From a virus (taxonomy: Duplodnaviria > Caudoviricetes): DNA of 64,000 bases. The stretch's first letter is position 1. Every line of letters begins with the position of its first letter. The stretch is taken from the IMG/VR virus record IMGVR_UViG_3300037501_000255. The stretch is one strand, 5' to 3'. Under the pieces are notes generated by a model. The model had not been told where the DNA came from. It made no database searches and was given only the letters and a program-made list of their open reading frames with translations. Below are positions 16,572 through 28,229 of this stretch, piece by piece. Both the position numbers and the translations under genes were made by a program.

Positions 16572-16823
16572 CTAGGTGTCAGAACTGGGGCCTTTAAGGC
16601 TATCCTCGCTCTCCAGAGGTTCGGCTTTCTGGGCCTCAAGTTCTTTGCGTATGTAACGCATAAATAACATTGCGCGATCTTCCGGTAGGAAGGTAGCATC
16701 GCCGCAATCCTCTACTGGCACAGGGAAGATGAACCCCGATTCTGTGGCGTAGTATAGATTACCTTTACGGTAATATTTGAAATGTACCTTCTTATCACCT
16801 GACACCATATCTTTGATATTCAT
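16572..16823 (-). CDS. Small conserved phage protein
   Basis: FKYYRKGNLYY...FPVPVEDCGDATF...MRYIRK pattern recalled from jumbo phages. Confidence 0.6.
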   Translation of the reverse strand: MNIKDMVSGDKKVHFKYYRKGNLYYATESGFIFPVPVEDCGDATFLPEDRAMLFMRYIRKELEAQKAEPLESEDSLKGPSSDT

Positions 16824-17069
16824 TTAATGTAACTCCTTGCCACATTCAGCTGCCTACGCGCCTTCTCGGAATAGACGGCCTCCGACAGTAGTCACTCCAG
16901 TGAGAGCGGGGCTCTCGCTAAATCTTGGGCTGTAAACCATACAATTCCATGCCTTGAATAGTATTCACGGAGAATTGGGGGCGGCAGAGGGCGACGCAAG
17001 AATTTTCTCCACCACGACCGTTCCTTGCTCTCCTCGACAGGCACTAGCCAATCGCTTTCTCCATTTGAT

Positions 17070-18038
17070 TTAATCGATACAATTCTGATTTTCATAAGAA
17101 ATCCCTACGCGCGCAAGATTCGGAAGAACACCAAGGTTTTTACCTTTAAACTCCATTTCGACATCTACCAAACCAGAGTTCAGTATCTCTAGTTGAAAGT
17201 CTGGTATGTAGTGTAAATCATATGAATGCTGCCTGCGTTGCGTGAATGATCCGTTTACATTCATAGGATCAGTGTTAGAAAGGTGCTGAATGGGGGTAAT
17301 GTTGGTGGGCCATGTCAGCATTGATTCCTCGGCAGCTTCCTTGCCGCCCATCCCTTGGGGCCTAAAGGTATGGTGATGGCTGTCAAAGACAATTGGCACT
17401 TTAGTCTTTTGCGAAATTGGCAACAACTCTCTGACTGAATATGATGATTCATCGTTTTCAAGTGTTAGTCGAGATCTGGCAGACTCATTTAGACGATTGA
17501 TAGACTCAACCAGCCTATCGGCTCTATTTGATTTCCCGCCATGTATATTTATAGGAAATTGAACCGAACGGTCGAGTCCCATAGCATCAAACAGCCAACC
17601 TTGATTGTTGAGCTCGGCAATTGAATTCTCGATAACCTCATCTCTATCAGAGGATAGGACTGTGAATTGCCCGGGGTGAGTTGATATGCGGAACCGTAGC
17701 TGCGATATTTTATGTCCCAAATTCGCAAGGTGCGCTCTAACATTATCATTGTCCCATAAGCTACGTTCAACCTTATCCATGAGAGGAATGAGGTTGCTGC
17801 TAATCCTAAAATGTCGCACACTGGTTGTTTCGTATATCAGATCAAGTATCTTACTTACTTCGTTTATGTTATTGACGTAAGTGTCTACTATATGCTCTGA
17901 CGAGTAGGCTCCAGATAGATACTGGCCGAGTTGGAGTGTCCTCTCACCAACTATGTTTTCCATTGTAGATACAGCTGTGCCGTTTCGTTTAAGCACAGTG
18001 CGGGGGGCGAGCCACTGACAACAGATCCCTATTCCCAT
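17070..18038 (-). CDS. uvsE: UV damage endonuclease
   Basis: RISSNLIP, STHPGQFTVLSS, NIHGG, LTLENDE, PIVFDSHHH and EFKGKN motifs. Confidence 0.9.
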   Translation of the reverse strand: MGIGICCQWLAPRTVLKRNGTAVSTMENIVGERTLQLGQYLSGAYSSEHIVDTYVNNINEVSKILDLIYETTSVRHFRISSNLIPLMDKVERSLWDNDNVRAHLANLGHKISQLRFRISTHPGQFTVLSSDRDEVIENSIAELNNQGWLFDAMGLDRSVQFPINIHGGKSNRADRLVESINRLNESARSRLTLENDESSYSVRELLPISQKTKVPIVFDSHHHTFRPQGMGGKEAAEESMLTWPTNITPIQHLSNTDPMNVNGSFTQRRQHSYDLHYIPDFQLEILNSGLVDVEMEFKGKNLGVLPNLARVGISYENQNCID

Positions 18039-18800
18039 CTACTCTCCGTCCATAATGAAGTCTGATGCATCCTCTAACTCTTCTGTGTCCGCTGCGATGG
18101 TGATATCTTCTTTGGTTATATGCTCTGTTGGGGCATCACCTGCAACCCATACAAGGGGATAGCCGGGGATGGTACCATAAGCATACTCTTTTTGAAAGTC
18201 TCGCAGACTAGAGAATTTTTTGAGTTTTCGATCTTTTATCAATTCGCATGGTGCATTATACTCTTCAACTATAATGCGATCATTATCTACATATACAACA
18301 TGTACCCAAAATGCATAGAACTCGGTAAACCTGTCCCCCGCTCGTGGAGCGGCCATCCTCTCTTCTGTTATCTTGTTCCAATTGTAGTTAGCCATGAATG
18401 AATCCCTCGATAAGTTCCTGAGAGTATCCCAGAATTCTTCCCATCTCTTTGTGGTATAGCTCATCTCGATTTGAACTATTTAGAAGCTGCTCTATGATGT
18501 CTGCGTCAGACGCGTGTCCATCTGCCCACATGACAATATTGCGTGCGGTAGAGGGGGTGGCCCCATTCACAATAAAGCTTCTGAACCCTATTGGACGACT
18601 GCCTGGTGAGGCATTTAGTTCCCTGACATACTGAGCGAGATTAAGCCAAGCTGCCTCACTCCTTATGTCGAAGGCGCTAAACAGCGCAACATTACGAATG
18701 CCCTTGGCGATTGAGTAGGCTTGTGCGGAAAATTCACCGACCAACATACCAAGAAAGAATGGGTCTTCACCTGAGTCGGCAATAAGTTTCGTTGGGTCTA

Positions 18801-19232
18801 TCACTCTTGTGCTCCCTTATAGTGAAGATCGCAGACCGTGCTCAGCCACCCGTTGGAATTTCTAGTGGAACCTGGGGCACCGCACTCTTCGCAAACAGTG
18901 CGGCTACGCTCTTCAAAATGATTTATGATTTCATCGATAGTTGGATTTTGTCCGGTCACATATAGCCTGAGCGCCCCGAATTTCTCCTTGATCTGAAGGA
19001 TATTTCCACTCCATCCGGCTTGACGCAACTGTTCGAAACACTCGCTCAGCAGGCCCTTCCAACCTGGACCAACGGAGCCTTGACGAAAAGAGTGATAGGA
19101 TGGATCGATCTGGGCCACCCATTCCTGAAATTCGATGCTGTAATTACGTTCATCGGTCGACATATAGCTGGCTCCTTCGAAGACCGCGCTCAGTGAAATC
19201 CTGTACGGGCGCGAATGCCGGAGAGTCGTCAA
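18801..19232 (-). CDS. Conserved phage hypothetical protein with a Zn ribbon
   Basis: GPGW, QIKEKFGALRLYV and CEECGAPG motifs. Confidence 0.65.
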   Translation of the reverse strand: MTTLRHSRPYRISLSAVFEGASYMSTDERNYSIEFQEWVAQIDPSYHSFRQGSVGPGWKGLLSECFEQLRQAGWSGNILQIKEKFGALRLYVTGQNPTIDEIINHFEERSRTVCEECGAPGSTRNSNGWLSTVCDLHYKGAQE

Positions 19233-19828
19233 GCTTTATGGCAAATGGGATCAGCAGATCTGGAAGAGAGTCGTAGTTTACCGTATGCTCGGCATACATC
19301 CATTCGCCATATAATGTGAAGCCGGCTTCCAGCGCACGAGAGAGCTCTCTAAAAAGAACCCTGTTATCGTACAGCCAATTCCATATTGGCCGGAACTGCA
19401 ATTAGCTGTAGTTTCTCGCTTTACATATCCCTTAAGAAGGATGTGCTCACGATTTCCTACGATAATATCGCCGATGCCATCCCACTTAATGCGAACATTC
19501 GCACCATCAATCTTTTCTTCTACCAGAATATTTCGTGACGATAGGAATTTCCACCTGGAATGTTCGGGAAGGACTATATCATCCTTTGCTATCGCTCCTG
19601 ACCCCCGGCAGATGTGGTGTCTTCGGGTATCTTTGTAGATTCTTTCGCTGCATATTCGCTACTCTTTATGTAATGTAGTATGTGAGCCTGGGCAGCATCT
19701 TTAATGCAGGAAAAACACAGGCCAGTGTCGTGAAACTCTGGCCTTGAATATCTCGCACTACATTTGATACAATTAACCTCAGTATCTGCCAAAGGCATTT
19801 CCCAAACGTCTATATCTTTAATACTCAC
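19150..19828 (-). CDS. ATP-dependent RNA ligase (Rnl2-like family), frameshifted in the assembly
   Basis: Across frames: YPKTPHLPGS, VEEKIDGANV (KxDG), LYGEWMYAEHTVNYDSLP. Breaks occur at G runs or short runs. Confidence 0.75.
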
Positions 19829-20018
19829 TCTGAGTCTCCACTATCTGAGCATAGATCCGACTCCACAGAGCGCTCTTCTGTGCCAGCATCAACAAGTGAT
19901 GTATTGGTGTCTGGGGAGCCCCTGAGTAGGGCCAGTACTCCGGCGATGAGGCATGCGACTAATAAAAGTGCCCCGACTACCTTAAAACTTCCAAGAACTT
20001 CTTTCATCATATATAACC

Positions 20019-21167
20019 TCATATATCTATTCTTTTTGAGAGAATAGAAATACACAATTCCTCGATCCTTTTCATGTCAGGCTTATGCGGAATTGAGTAC
20101 TTTTTTGTGTTGTAAATTTCAGTACAAAGAGCGTCTTCTGTTAGGAAGAACTCCTCCAGCTTGTCATAGCTCCACGCACCGGCACGGATGGCCACTAATT
20201 CATCTGAGTCGATACCCACTCTATTTACGTTTACTTTGCCATCTACAAGGATCTCGCGACACATTCTCATCAGTCTAACTAGATGACTGGCGTGCTTTGT
20301 ATCGTACCCGTACTTTTCCTCCAGAGCCGCACGCGCTGGATTTCGCGCTTTTTTCCACTGATGATATCGGGACCAATCATCTTGGGCATGACGAAATCTC
20401 CTCTCCTTTTCCAGGAGATGAATAAAGTTCTCATCATATCCAATGCTCCGGGCAGCACTCTTCCATTTAGAATCTGTAGTAGACATGATTTCGGCCAGCA
20501 TCAAATTGATCTTGCCCAAAATAGATATACGGTCAGCCTCTGAGGTGACAGCACTTAGATCTGTCTCCCACTCATCAGTTTTCTTTTGAATAGATGCCAC
20601 GGCGGCCTCTAGCTGATTCTTTGGTATTAGACCAACAGCAGGAAGATCAAATTCCTCACGTGTAGGCGGCCCTTTTGGTGGATTAAGGAGATAGCTCCTG
20701 TGTGTCTTGATGCGCTTAAACTGCGCAGCGGAGTACCCTGAGAAGGTATGCTTTGCCTTGGCTGACAGGAAGAGGTTGCCATTATCTCTAAGCTCCCTTC
20801 CCTCTTTAGAGCAAACTCTCACATGCGCATCATCACAAAACAGAACATCTAGAATGTTAGGATTCGCGTCAGCCGCAAGACTCATGAATTTGCGCAATTC
20901 GTATACTGATCCCTCGAGTTTTTCCCTATGAGAGATTTCACGTTCCTCATCGGACAGTAGCGGGAGGAAGGCTGCAATATTGTCCGGCGAATCAGCCTGC
21001 TCGAATGCATGATTCAAACCCAGATATGTTTCCATTGGAGGTATCGCAATACCCTTCACATCCACATCTGAATCTGCGCGATGGATCCCATATGCTCTGG
21101 AGCCCGCCAATGTCAGTAAGATAGTGTGCTTAACGAGGTCAAAGTACATGTCATCATCCCATCTCAA
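20019..21167 (-). CDS. Pol-beta superfamily nucleotidyltransferase (RlaP-like)
   Basis: AGSRAYG...DSDVDVKG, ANPNILDVLF and YDTKHASHLVRLMRM motifs. Confidence 0.85.
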   Translation of the reverse strand: MRWDDDMYFDLVKHTILLTLAGSRAYGIHRADSDVDVKGIAIPPMETYLGLNHAFEQADSPDNIAAFLPLLSDEEREISHREKLEGSVYELRKFMSLAADANPNILDVLFCDDAHVRVCSKEGRELRDNGNLFLSAKAKHTFSGYSAAQFKRIKTHRSYLLNPPKGPPTREEFDLPAVGLIPKNQLEAAVASIQKKTDEWETDLSAVTSEADRISILGKINLMLAEIMSTTDSKWKSAARSIGYDENFIHLLEKERRFRHAQDDWSRYHQWKKARNPARAALEEKYGYDTKHASHLVRLMRMCREILVDGKVNVNRVGIDSDELVAIRAGAWSYDKLEEFFLTEDALCTEIYNTKKYSIPHKPDMKRIEELCISILSKRIDI

Positions 21168-21837
21168 GGTTAATCTAATTCATCATCATCAAAAATATCA
21201 TCTGACCACATATTGTCATCATTCTTGAGAAATAGGTAGGCTCCTGCTGCCAGGAAAGATATTACAAAAAGAACTGCCCCAATTGCAATTGCGCTCATAT
21301 AATTCCCCCATTGATTAAGTCAACTTCCATTCCCACCAGAACCTTGTACTCACGATCCTGTTTGGAAACCAACTCGGTTATCTTTTCCACAATTTCCCAT
21401 ACATATCTAAGCTCAGCCCGCGCACGAGCAGAGGGGGGTCCAGTGTCATCCCTCCTGCCATGTGCCTAGACCAGAATTCCATCCCCGAATCCTCTCAGGA
21501 CAGTAGCTGAATTCATGTCTGGCATCGGCTATGTGAGATGGAAAGTTGCCTACCAGATCGGTCAAGCTAGCGTTAAACCACTCCTCAACACCCTCATCTT
21601 CGAGCATTATCCGATAATTTATGTTGGCGTTGCTGGGGTCTAGGAATGGCCGAGAATATTCCTCATCAATATCGTCATCATCAGCAAATCCTATTCTGAT
21701 ATTATCATAAAATACCGGGGACCAAATTGATTTAAGAAACTCTCTAATCTCCTCCCTGCGCTGCTTTAACACTTCGACATGGGGGGCTAAACTCAGGATG
21801 TGCTCCGCCCTGTGGGCAGCGTCCAAGATTCCACTAT

Positions 21838-24426
21838 TCATCGCACAACTCCATCGACCCTAGTGAATGTCAGCCCTTCATCTGACTTTGAAGAGTTAAC
21901 ATCAACGAGAACACTATCCCCTTTAACGTAACCCCCTTCAAGAATGGCTAGTGAAAGCGGATCTTGTAGCCATCGCTGGATAGCCCTGCGTAGAGGCCGG
22001 GCTCCAAACTGCGGTTCAAACCCAGCATCAACAATGGCTTTAAATGCTTCTGGTGTTATCTCTAGGCTTAGTCGGCGAGCTGCAAGCATGCCGCTTACCT
22101 TCTTGAGTTGGATGTTGGCTATGTGCTCGATATTCTCTCTGGTGAGACCGTGAAACATGATCACATCATCGATTCTGCCGAGGAACTCGGGACGGAATGC
22201 TTTTCGTAGATCAGCGAACGCAGCCTCCTTAGCAGACTCTGGCAATGTGCCGTCTGCTGTAGTTGCTGCCAGTAGGTGCTGAGAGCCTACATTTGATGTC
22301 ATGATAATTACCGTGTTCTTGAAATCTACGAGGCGGCTTTGGCTGTCCGTAAGCCGTCCATCATCAAGCACTTGAAGTAGAATATTAAAAATGTCCGGAT
22401 GGGCTTTCTCGACCTCATCGAAAAGCACTACGGAGTATGGCTTAAGCCTTACAGCCTCAGTCAACTGTCCTCCTTCATCAGCACCCTTGTATCCGGGAGG
22501 GGCGCCGATAAGACGTGCGACTGTGTGTTTCTCTTGGAACTCACTCATGTCCAGGCGAATCATCGCACGTTCGTCATCGAACAGGAATTGGGTAAGTGCC
22601 TTGGCTAACTCCGTCTTGCCTACGCCGGTCGGGCCTAAGAAGAAGAAGCTGCCTACTGGACGGTTGGGGTCACTCAATCCCGAACGGCTACGGCGAATCG
22701 CCTTTGCAATGGCCTTGAGTGCTTCCTTCTGCCCAATAACGCGAGCCGAGATATGCTCCTCCATATGCAGAAGTTTCTCTCGCTCCGACTCTAACATAGA
22801 TGATACCGGAATTCCTGTCATATCCCCGACCACTCGGGCAATGTCTGCTGGTTCGACCTCCTCTTTGATTAGAGGCGTGCCGGCCTGAAGCTTTTGAAGT
22901 TCTTCAGTCGCAGAATCGAGATCTGCTTGGAGGCGCTGTAGCTGCCCATACTTTAGCTCAGATGCCTTGCTGATATTTCCACCGCGAGTAGCGGCCTCAA
23001 GCTTAGCATTCGTCTCTTCAATACCCTCTTTGATTGCGCGAATGGATTGAATCAATCCCACTTCGGCCTCCCAGCGAGACTTGAGAGCAGTTACAGTCTC
23101 CTCAACCGTCGCTATTTGGCGCTCCAGCTTAGCCTTATACTCTAGCGCATCACGATCCTTTTCTGCATGAATTGCGGAGAGCTCCATCTGCAACTGTGTG
23201 AGGTGCCTACTCTCGACATCAAGCGCGTCAGGCATCGAATCTATAGCCACTCTGATCCTAGACGCAGCTTCATCTACAAGATCAATTGCCTTGTCCGGCA
23301 GTTGCCGCCCAGAGATATACCTCTGGGAAAACTTGATTGCTGCGGTCAGCGCCGCATCTTGAATGCGGACGCCGTGATGAACTTCATATTTCGCTCTTAC
23401 ACCGCGCAAAATGCGAAGTGTTTCATCGTGAGACGGCTCTTCAATGAGGAGTGGCTGGAACCTGCGCTCCAGCGCTTTATCCTTTTCAATTGAGTTTCGG
23501 TATTCGTCCGGCGTGGTTGCGCCCAAAACCTGAATCTCGCCACGAGCAAGTGGCGGCTTGAGCATTTGACTAGCATCAGATGCCCCCTCACCTCCAGCGC
23601 CAACCAGAGTGTGAATCTCGTCGATAAATAGGATTGTGTTACCTTCTGCTTGATTTACCTCTGAGATTACAGCTTTGATACGCTCTTCAAACTGTCCTCG
23701 TAGTGAGGCTCCGGCCAAAAGCGCGCCCATGTCCAAGGCCATAATCCTACGGTCCTTCAGTGGTACTGGCACATCCCCAACAGCAATTCTTTGCGCAAGG
23801 CCATTGATAATGGCATTCTTGCCCACGCCGGGTTTACCAATCAAGATGGGGTTATTCTTTGAACGTCGGGATAGAACCTGGATAATTCTGCGGATCTCCT
23901 CGTCTCTACCCACAATGGGATCGATCCTGCCTTCCTTTACACGCTGCACTAGATCGATGGCGTATTTTGCAAGAGCGGAATCTGCTGTCTTCGGCGGCTG
24001 AGCCTTTGTTACCTTAACCAGGCCGCCCTCAAGGCGCTCTTTTGTAATGCCCGAATCGCGCAAAAGTCGGCCGCTTGCACCAGAATTAGTCTGAGCATCT
24101 GCCAGAGCGAGTAGAAAGTGTCCTGTGTCCACCTTTGCGTTTGCTTTTGTCGCAAAAACCTCTGCAGCTGATGTGATCTTTAGAAACCTAGGAGACAGGT
24201 AGTTTGATGCCTGAACCTTTGGAATCTTTAGGAGCTCAATATCGAGCCTGCGCTCAAGCTCTGCGGAGGGAGTATACTTGTCAAATACGGTTCGGATGGC
24301 GGGGTTCTGCAAAAGAACCTTGAGCATGTGCTCGGGCTCAATGGCTTGGTGTTGATTGGCCTTGGCGGCCTTCTGACTATCAACCATAAGAGTTTGTGCT
24401 TGCAAAGTGTACTTAGAAAGTTTCAT
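21838..24426 (-). CDS. clpB: ClpB AAA+ disaggregase
   Basis: Clp N-domain, IDPIVGRDEEIRR, GKPGVGK, LFIDEIH, middle coiled coil, GPTGVGKTELAK and FGARPLRR motifs; 862 aa. Confidence 0.95.
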   Translation of the reverse strand: MKLSKYTLQAQTLMVDSQKAAKANQHQAIEPEHMLKVLLQNPAIRTVFDKYTPSAELERRLDIELLKIPKVQASNYLSPRFLKITSAAEVFATKANAKVDTGHFLLALADAQTNSGASGRLLRDSGITKERLEGGLVKVTKAQPPKTADSALAKYAIDLVQRVKEGRIDPIVGRDEEIRRIIQVLSRRSKNNPILIGKPGVGKNAIINGLAQRIAVGDVPVPLKDRRIMALDMGALLAGASLRGQFEERIKAVISEVNQAEGNTILFIDEIHTLVGAGGEGASDASQMLKPPLARGEIQVLGATTPDEYRNSIEKDKALERRFQPLLIEEPSHDETLRILRGVRAKYEVHHGVRIQDAALTAAIKFSQRYISGRQLPDKAIDLVDEAASRIRVAIDSMPDALDVESRHLTQLQMELSAIHAEKDRDALEYKAKLERQIATVEETVTALKSRWEAEVGLIQSIRAIKEGIEETNAKLEAATRGGNISKASELKYGQLQRLQADLDSATEELQKLQAGTPLIKEEVEPADIARVVGDMTGIPVSSMLESEREKLLHMEEHISARVIGQKEALKAIAKAIRRSRSGLSDPNRPVGSFFFLGPTGVGKTELAKALTQFLFDDERAMIRLDMSEFQEKHTVARLIGAPPGYKGADEGGQLTEAVRLKPYSVVLFDEVEKAHPDIFNILLQVLDDGRLTDSQSRLVDFKNTVIIMTSNVGSQHLLAATTADGTLPESAKEAAFADLRKAFRPEFLGRIDDVIMFHGLTRENIEHIANIQLKKVSGMLAARRLSLEITPEAFKAIVDAGFEPQFGARPLRRAIQRWLQDPLSLAILEGGYVKGDSVLVDVNSSKSDEGLTFTRVDGVVR

Positions 24427-24439
24427 ATTTAATCGACCC

Positions 24440-24883
24440 TCATTCAGATGGATTATTCACTTCTGATATTACACTCTCATCCCATCCGCACGATATTTCA
24501 TGATCGCATGGGTCGTCACTAGTGTCCCATAGGTATAGATGCAGGAATTCATGGGCCGTCGCACCGTCCTCTACGGTAGGATATGTTTCCAAATCTGAGG
24601 CGATTTGAATCCTGGCTCTGGCCAGCCCCGAACCCGGCCAAAGGGCCGTCCCTGCCACCTTACGACCGTAGCTGTAAAAATACGACTCGTCCTTGCAAAA
24701 GATATCTGTCCGATTTAGTACTAGGAATGCATCAGGCAATAGATCTATGAACCTGAGGGCTACGGCCTCAAATTCAAAATCTGAATATGGGCAGTGCACT
24801 CCAACAACATTAACTTGCTTATTTGTACAAGCTACAGTGCACATCAGCATCAGTACTGTAAATAATTCGAGAATCCTCTTCAT
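24440..24883 (-). CDS. Putative lipoprotein with a zincin HExxH motif
   Basis: TVAC lipobox-like sequence and AHEFLH. Confidence 0.5.
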   Translation of the reverse strand: MKRILELFTVLMLMCTVACTNKQVNVVGVHCPYSDFEFEAVALRFIDLLPDAFLVLNRTDIFCKDESYFYSYGRKVAGTALWPGSGLARARIQIASDLETYPTVEDGATAHEFLHLYLWDTSDDPCDHEISCGWDESVISEVNNPSE

Positions 24884-24889
24884 ATATAA

Positions 24890-25381
24890 TTACTTTTCCG
24901 GAAGCTTGACTATGGAGACGGATGCGCGATCCTTAACATGCTCAGAGAAGCGTTCCAGTAAGAAGAGGTAGTCGTCCCACTTTCCTCCAGCCATTCCACA
25001 ACCAATGCCATATGGAAATGCTATACTGCTTAAGTCTGGCAGCAGTGATATCTTATGCAGACACCTGTAGAAATACCTGAGCCGCGCTTGAGCGCCATCT
25101 AGCTCGGATGCCGGATAGATGCGGTTACTACCAGGATAGTACTGTCCCATCATGTTGATAACAAATCGCTGCTGAATGCCGTCGCCGCACACTACTATAC
25201 TGCCCGGTTCATCGACCATTTTGGATGCAGCGCGAGCGCTATAGACATCGGCATAGGGAAAGCGCTGGAAGATTGCCTTGGCTAGTCCGGCAGCATGAGA
25301 TGTTAGGCAGTTAGTTTGGTGTGCTATGTATTGCGCATCCGAATCAATTATGTCACCATCAACAAAACTGAGATTTGTCAT
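24890..25381 (-). CDS. Macrodomain ADP-ribose-binding/hydrolase protein
   Basis: GDI..., AHQTNC, AGLAKAIF and IAFPYGIGCGMAGG motifs. Confidence 0.88.
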   Translation of the reverse strand: MTNLSFVDGDIIDSDAQYIAHQTNCLTSHAAGLAKAIFQRFPYADVYSARAASKMVDEPGSIVVCGDGIQQRFVINMMGQYYPGSNRIYPASELDGAQARLRYFYRCLHKISLLPDLSSIAFPYGIGCGMAGGKWDDYLFLLERFSEHVKDRASVSIVKLPEK

Positions 25382-25827
25382 TGTAGATCTAGCTCTATAC
25401 TTTCAATTACAAATTCACCAGTCGGAACAGGATCGGTGTACTTTATACCAACCGGCAGGTACTTAAGGGTGGCGTGTGGCACATATTCTTTCCACGCATG
25501 CTGGACGGGGATGCCTTCGGCCTCCAGCTTCTCCCAAAGTGATTTGTGTAATTTCTCCAGCGACGGGTCGGCATCTATTGCCACACACCACGGCACACCA
25601 TAATCACCTGCGGGAAAAGACCTGAGATTACCGAATCTACATTTAATTGGCGGACACTCACGCGTCTCTTTAGAAACAACCTCGCGAAGCCTGGGAATTG
25701 CCTCTTTCTCAATATCTCCAACAAAGAGTACTGTACAGTGGGGAACGCTATCGTCGTCCCCGCCCCTATCTTCTGGGAAGAACTTATGTACACTATCTGG
25801 AAGTGGGGCGCATATGTATGCCTTCAA
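25378..25827 (-). CDS. 2H phosphoesterase (2'-5' RNA ligase superfamily)
   Basis: Two HxT motifs: PHCTV and PHATL. Confidence 0.85.
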   Translation of the reverse strand: MKAYICAPLPDSVHKFFPEDRGGDDDSVPHCTVLFVGDIEKEAIPRLREVVSKETRECPPIKCRFGNLRSFPAGDYGVPWCVAIDADPSLEKLHKSLWEKLEAEGIPVQHAWKEYVPHATLKYLPVGIKYTDPVPTGEFVIESIELDLQ

Positions 25828-26047
25828 TTTACAGCTCCAGTGTCGCGCAGCTCCTTGTACTTTCCATGATATTCCACCACATCAAAGGCATTCATCAGAT
25901 CACCAGATACGACCGCAGCAAGCTCTGCGGTTAGAATCTTAACTGCTGCAGGGCAAAGTGCTTGGTACATCTGAATCTCGGATTCAAAGTGGCCAGAATT
26001 ATTGAGCGACTGCAGTAATTCGGCCCTCCTATTGTAACGAATAGGCA

Positions 26048-26623
26048 TCACTCACCTCTATAACCATGATGGTCGGCTGGCTTCCAGCTTTTCTTTGCCA
26101 TACGAGCAATCACTTCCTCTAGTGACACTGGGGCGTATGAGTTGGCATCTACTCCGACATCCATGCTCAGTGCGGTGCGATCATCGGGCAGCGAACCATG
26201 ACTATGTCCGTATAGGTGAATTGCGCCATGGTGTGATTTGTTCCACACGCGCATGGCATAGTGGCACATCACAATCTTTGTGCCGTGCCTAACGCCCTTT
26301 TCTGCCGGCAGGTCAAGTTCAAAAAGCTTATGAACGGCACGGAAAGCCGCGCGAAATTCCGGCGAATTGAGGCAACCCCTATCATGGTTTCCTTCAATCA
26401 AAACCTTATTGCCATTCAGTCGATTGAGAACTCGCACAGCGCAGTCGGGCTTGCTGAGCGCAAAGTCCCCTATTACATACACGCAATCGTCATAAGATAC
26501 TCTGCTGTTCCAATTGCGAATCAGAGCCTCATCCATCTCATCTACATTAGAGAATGGTCGATTACAGTATTTGATGATATTGGCGTGACCGAAGTGCAGA
26601 TCACTCGTGAACCATAGTGCCAT
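26048..26623 (-). CDS. Calcineurin-like metallophosphoesterase
   Basis: SDLHFGH, GDF, GNHD, CHY and GHSH motifs. Confidence 0.9.
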   Translation of the reverse strand: MALWFTSDLHFGHANIIKYCNRPFSNVDEMDEALIRNWNSRVSYDDCVYVIGDFALSKPDCAVRVLNRLNGNKVLIEGNHDRGCLNSPEFRAAFRAVHKLFELDLPAEKGVRHGTKIVMCHYAMRVWNKSHHGAIHLYGHSHGSLPDDRTALSMDVGVDANSYAPVSLEEVIARMAKKSWKPADHHGYRGE

Positions 26624-27158
26624 TCAGAAAATTCCTAATTTCCTCGATGTGAGATGTTGTGAGGCCAATGTCTGAGTCTGGGCAAATTGTGAGTAATCTA
26701 CCGTGCAGATCGAGGATTCTGCCGTTACGCGCCCATTCTTCATGAAATCCATTAGCGTCATCATCGATCCATACCACTTTTCCGCCGGGCTGGGACAGAA
26801 ATTGTTGCACAGCGCGAGGCTTCCATAAGAAGTCCTCTGCCGTTCGCCATCCATACATTCCCTCGTAGTGGGGCGGCGGCTTTTCTGCTAGAACTGGGTG
26901 CGAAATCCAGTCAAAGTGCAACCCAATGTTGGCATGAGCGTGATATCCCCACGTCGTAAGCCAGTGAGTTTTGCACCCTAATCTCTCCAGGGAGTCTCCC
27001 ATCTGGCGTGATAGATTCAACTTGTAACGACCAGATGCTTTTGTGGAGGTGAACTCTGGTTCAAATACCCAGTCTGGAGACCTCGACGGGGAAAACGGGC
27101 ACGGGTTTACAACTCCGTCTACGTCTAAGAGAATGTCACCTTTGGTTTGGTTTTCCAA
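26601..27158 (-). CDS. HAD phosphatase (Swiss-army-knife RNA-repair type)
   Basis: LLDVDGVVN, WLTTW and VWIDDD motifs. Confidence 0.8.
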   Translation of the reverse strand: MENQTKGDILLDVDGVVNPCPFSPSRSPDWVFEPEFTSTKASGRYKLNLSRQMGDSLERLGCKTHWLTTWGYHAHANIGLHFDWISHPVLAEKPPPHYEGMYGWRTAEDFLWKPRAVQQFLSQPGGKVVWIDDDANGFHEEWARNGRILDLHGRLLTICPDSDIGLTTSHIEEIRNFLNGTMVHE

Positions 27159-27269
27159 AACTCAATGTCCTATCTATAATGTTCTCAGCTACATTTGGTT
27201 AGCCGCTACAGAGAACATAGTTCTCTTACTTGATTCCGGAAATGAGAGGAGTCGCATTCCTCCGTGGAA

Positions 27270-28229
27270 CTAGCGGATAACTCCTCCGCCAATCAACTCA
27301 TCGTCTCTGTAAACTGCGACAACCTGCCCTGTGCTTACGATGGTGCCTTCTGCAAGAGCAATATGCCCGCTCCCAATCTCTGAGACTGCGTACTTTTTAC
27401 CATGATATGCCACCTGCGCTGTCAGCATTCCGGATGCTTGGGGCATGTTCCGCCAGAGCACACGAATTTCCCTCGTGACCGGAACCTCCTTGCCAACCAA
27501 GATGCGCTTGGTATCCACAGATACAACGGTATCTCCGCCAAAGCCCTTACGCTGACCAATGGCCGGGCGTCCAGTGTAACGACCAATCTGGATTAGATCG
27601 CTGCCGCTTGACCTGACAACTTCACGATCAAAGGACGGTAGGAGGTGGTTAAAACACAAGTTCTGTGAATCTGGAGTTGACGCTGTCGATAGTCCAACCT
27701 CAGATGCAACTGATCGCACATCGCTCTTATGCATGTGGCCTAGTGGAGTCAGCCAGAATTTTAGCATCGCTCTGTCAACGAGACTCACCATATATGACTG
27801 GTCTTTTTTAGGATCTCGCCCTCGGAAGACGCGCCCACTATCGTTAATGAAGTAGTGCCCGCTGGCAAAATAATCACATTGGAGAACTTGCCTATAGTAG
27901 TTGAATAGCGGAGCGCGCACATCTGCATTGCACGTTGTGCAGGGGGAAGGTACGCCGCCGGCGGACCATACCTGAATGCTTGGATCAATTACCTTCTTCG
28001 TAAAGAGTTGCCGAACATCTGGAGTGTGGAGTGTGATGCCCAGCTTATCGCACACACTACGCGCTCGACTGATTGCCGACTCAGCGCAGCATACATAGTC
28101 ATCACAGTCAGTAGGCTCATTTACTTGCTTGAGAAGCACGCCCTCCACAAGGAAGCCTTGCTGCTGTAGTAGGTAGGCGGTTACACTGGAATCCACGCCG
28201 CCGCTGATACCGACCAAGACTTTGCTCAT
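27270..28229 (-). CDS. mnmA: tRNA 2-thiouridylase
   Basis: SGGVDSSV PP-loop, PSPCTTCN, SGHY, KDQSYM, DSQNLCF, IGQRKG and GQVVAVY motifs. Confidence 0.92.
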   Translation of the reverse strand: MSKVLVGISGGVDSSVTAYLLQQQGFLVEGVLLKQVNEPTDCDDYVCCAESAISRARSVCDKLGITLHTPDVRQLFTKKVIDPSIQVWSAGGVPSPCTTCNADVRAPLFNYYRQVLQCDYFASGHYFINDSGRVFRGRDPKKDQSYMVSLVDRAMLKFWLTPLGHMHKSDVRSVASEVGLSTASTPDSQNLCFNHLLPSFDREVVRSSGSDLIQIGRYTGRPAIGQRKGFGGDTVVSVDTKRILVGKEVPVTREIRVLWRNMPQASGMLTAQVAYHGKKYAVSEIGSGHIALAEGTIVSTGQVVAVYRDDELIGGGVIR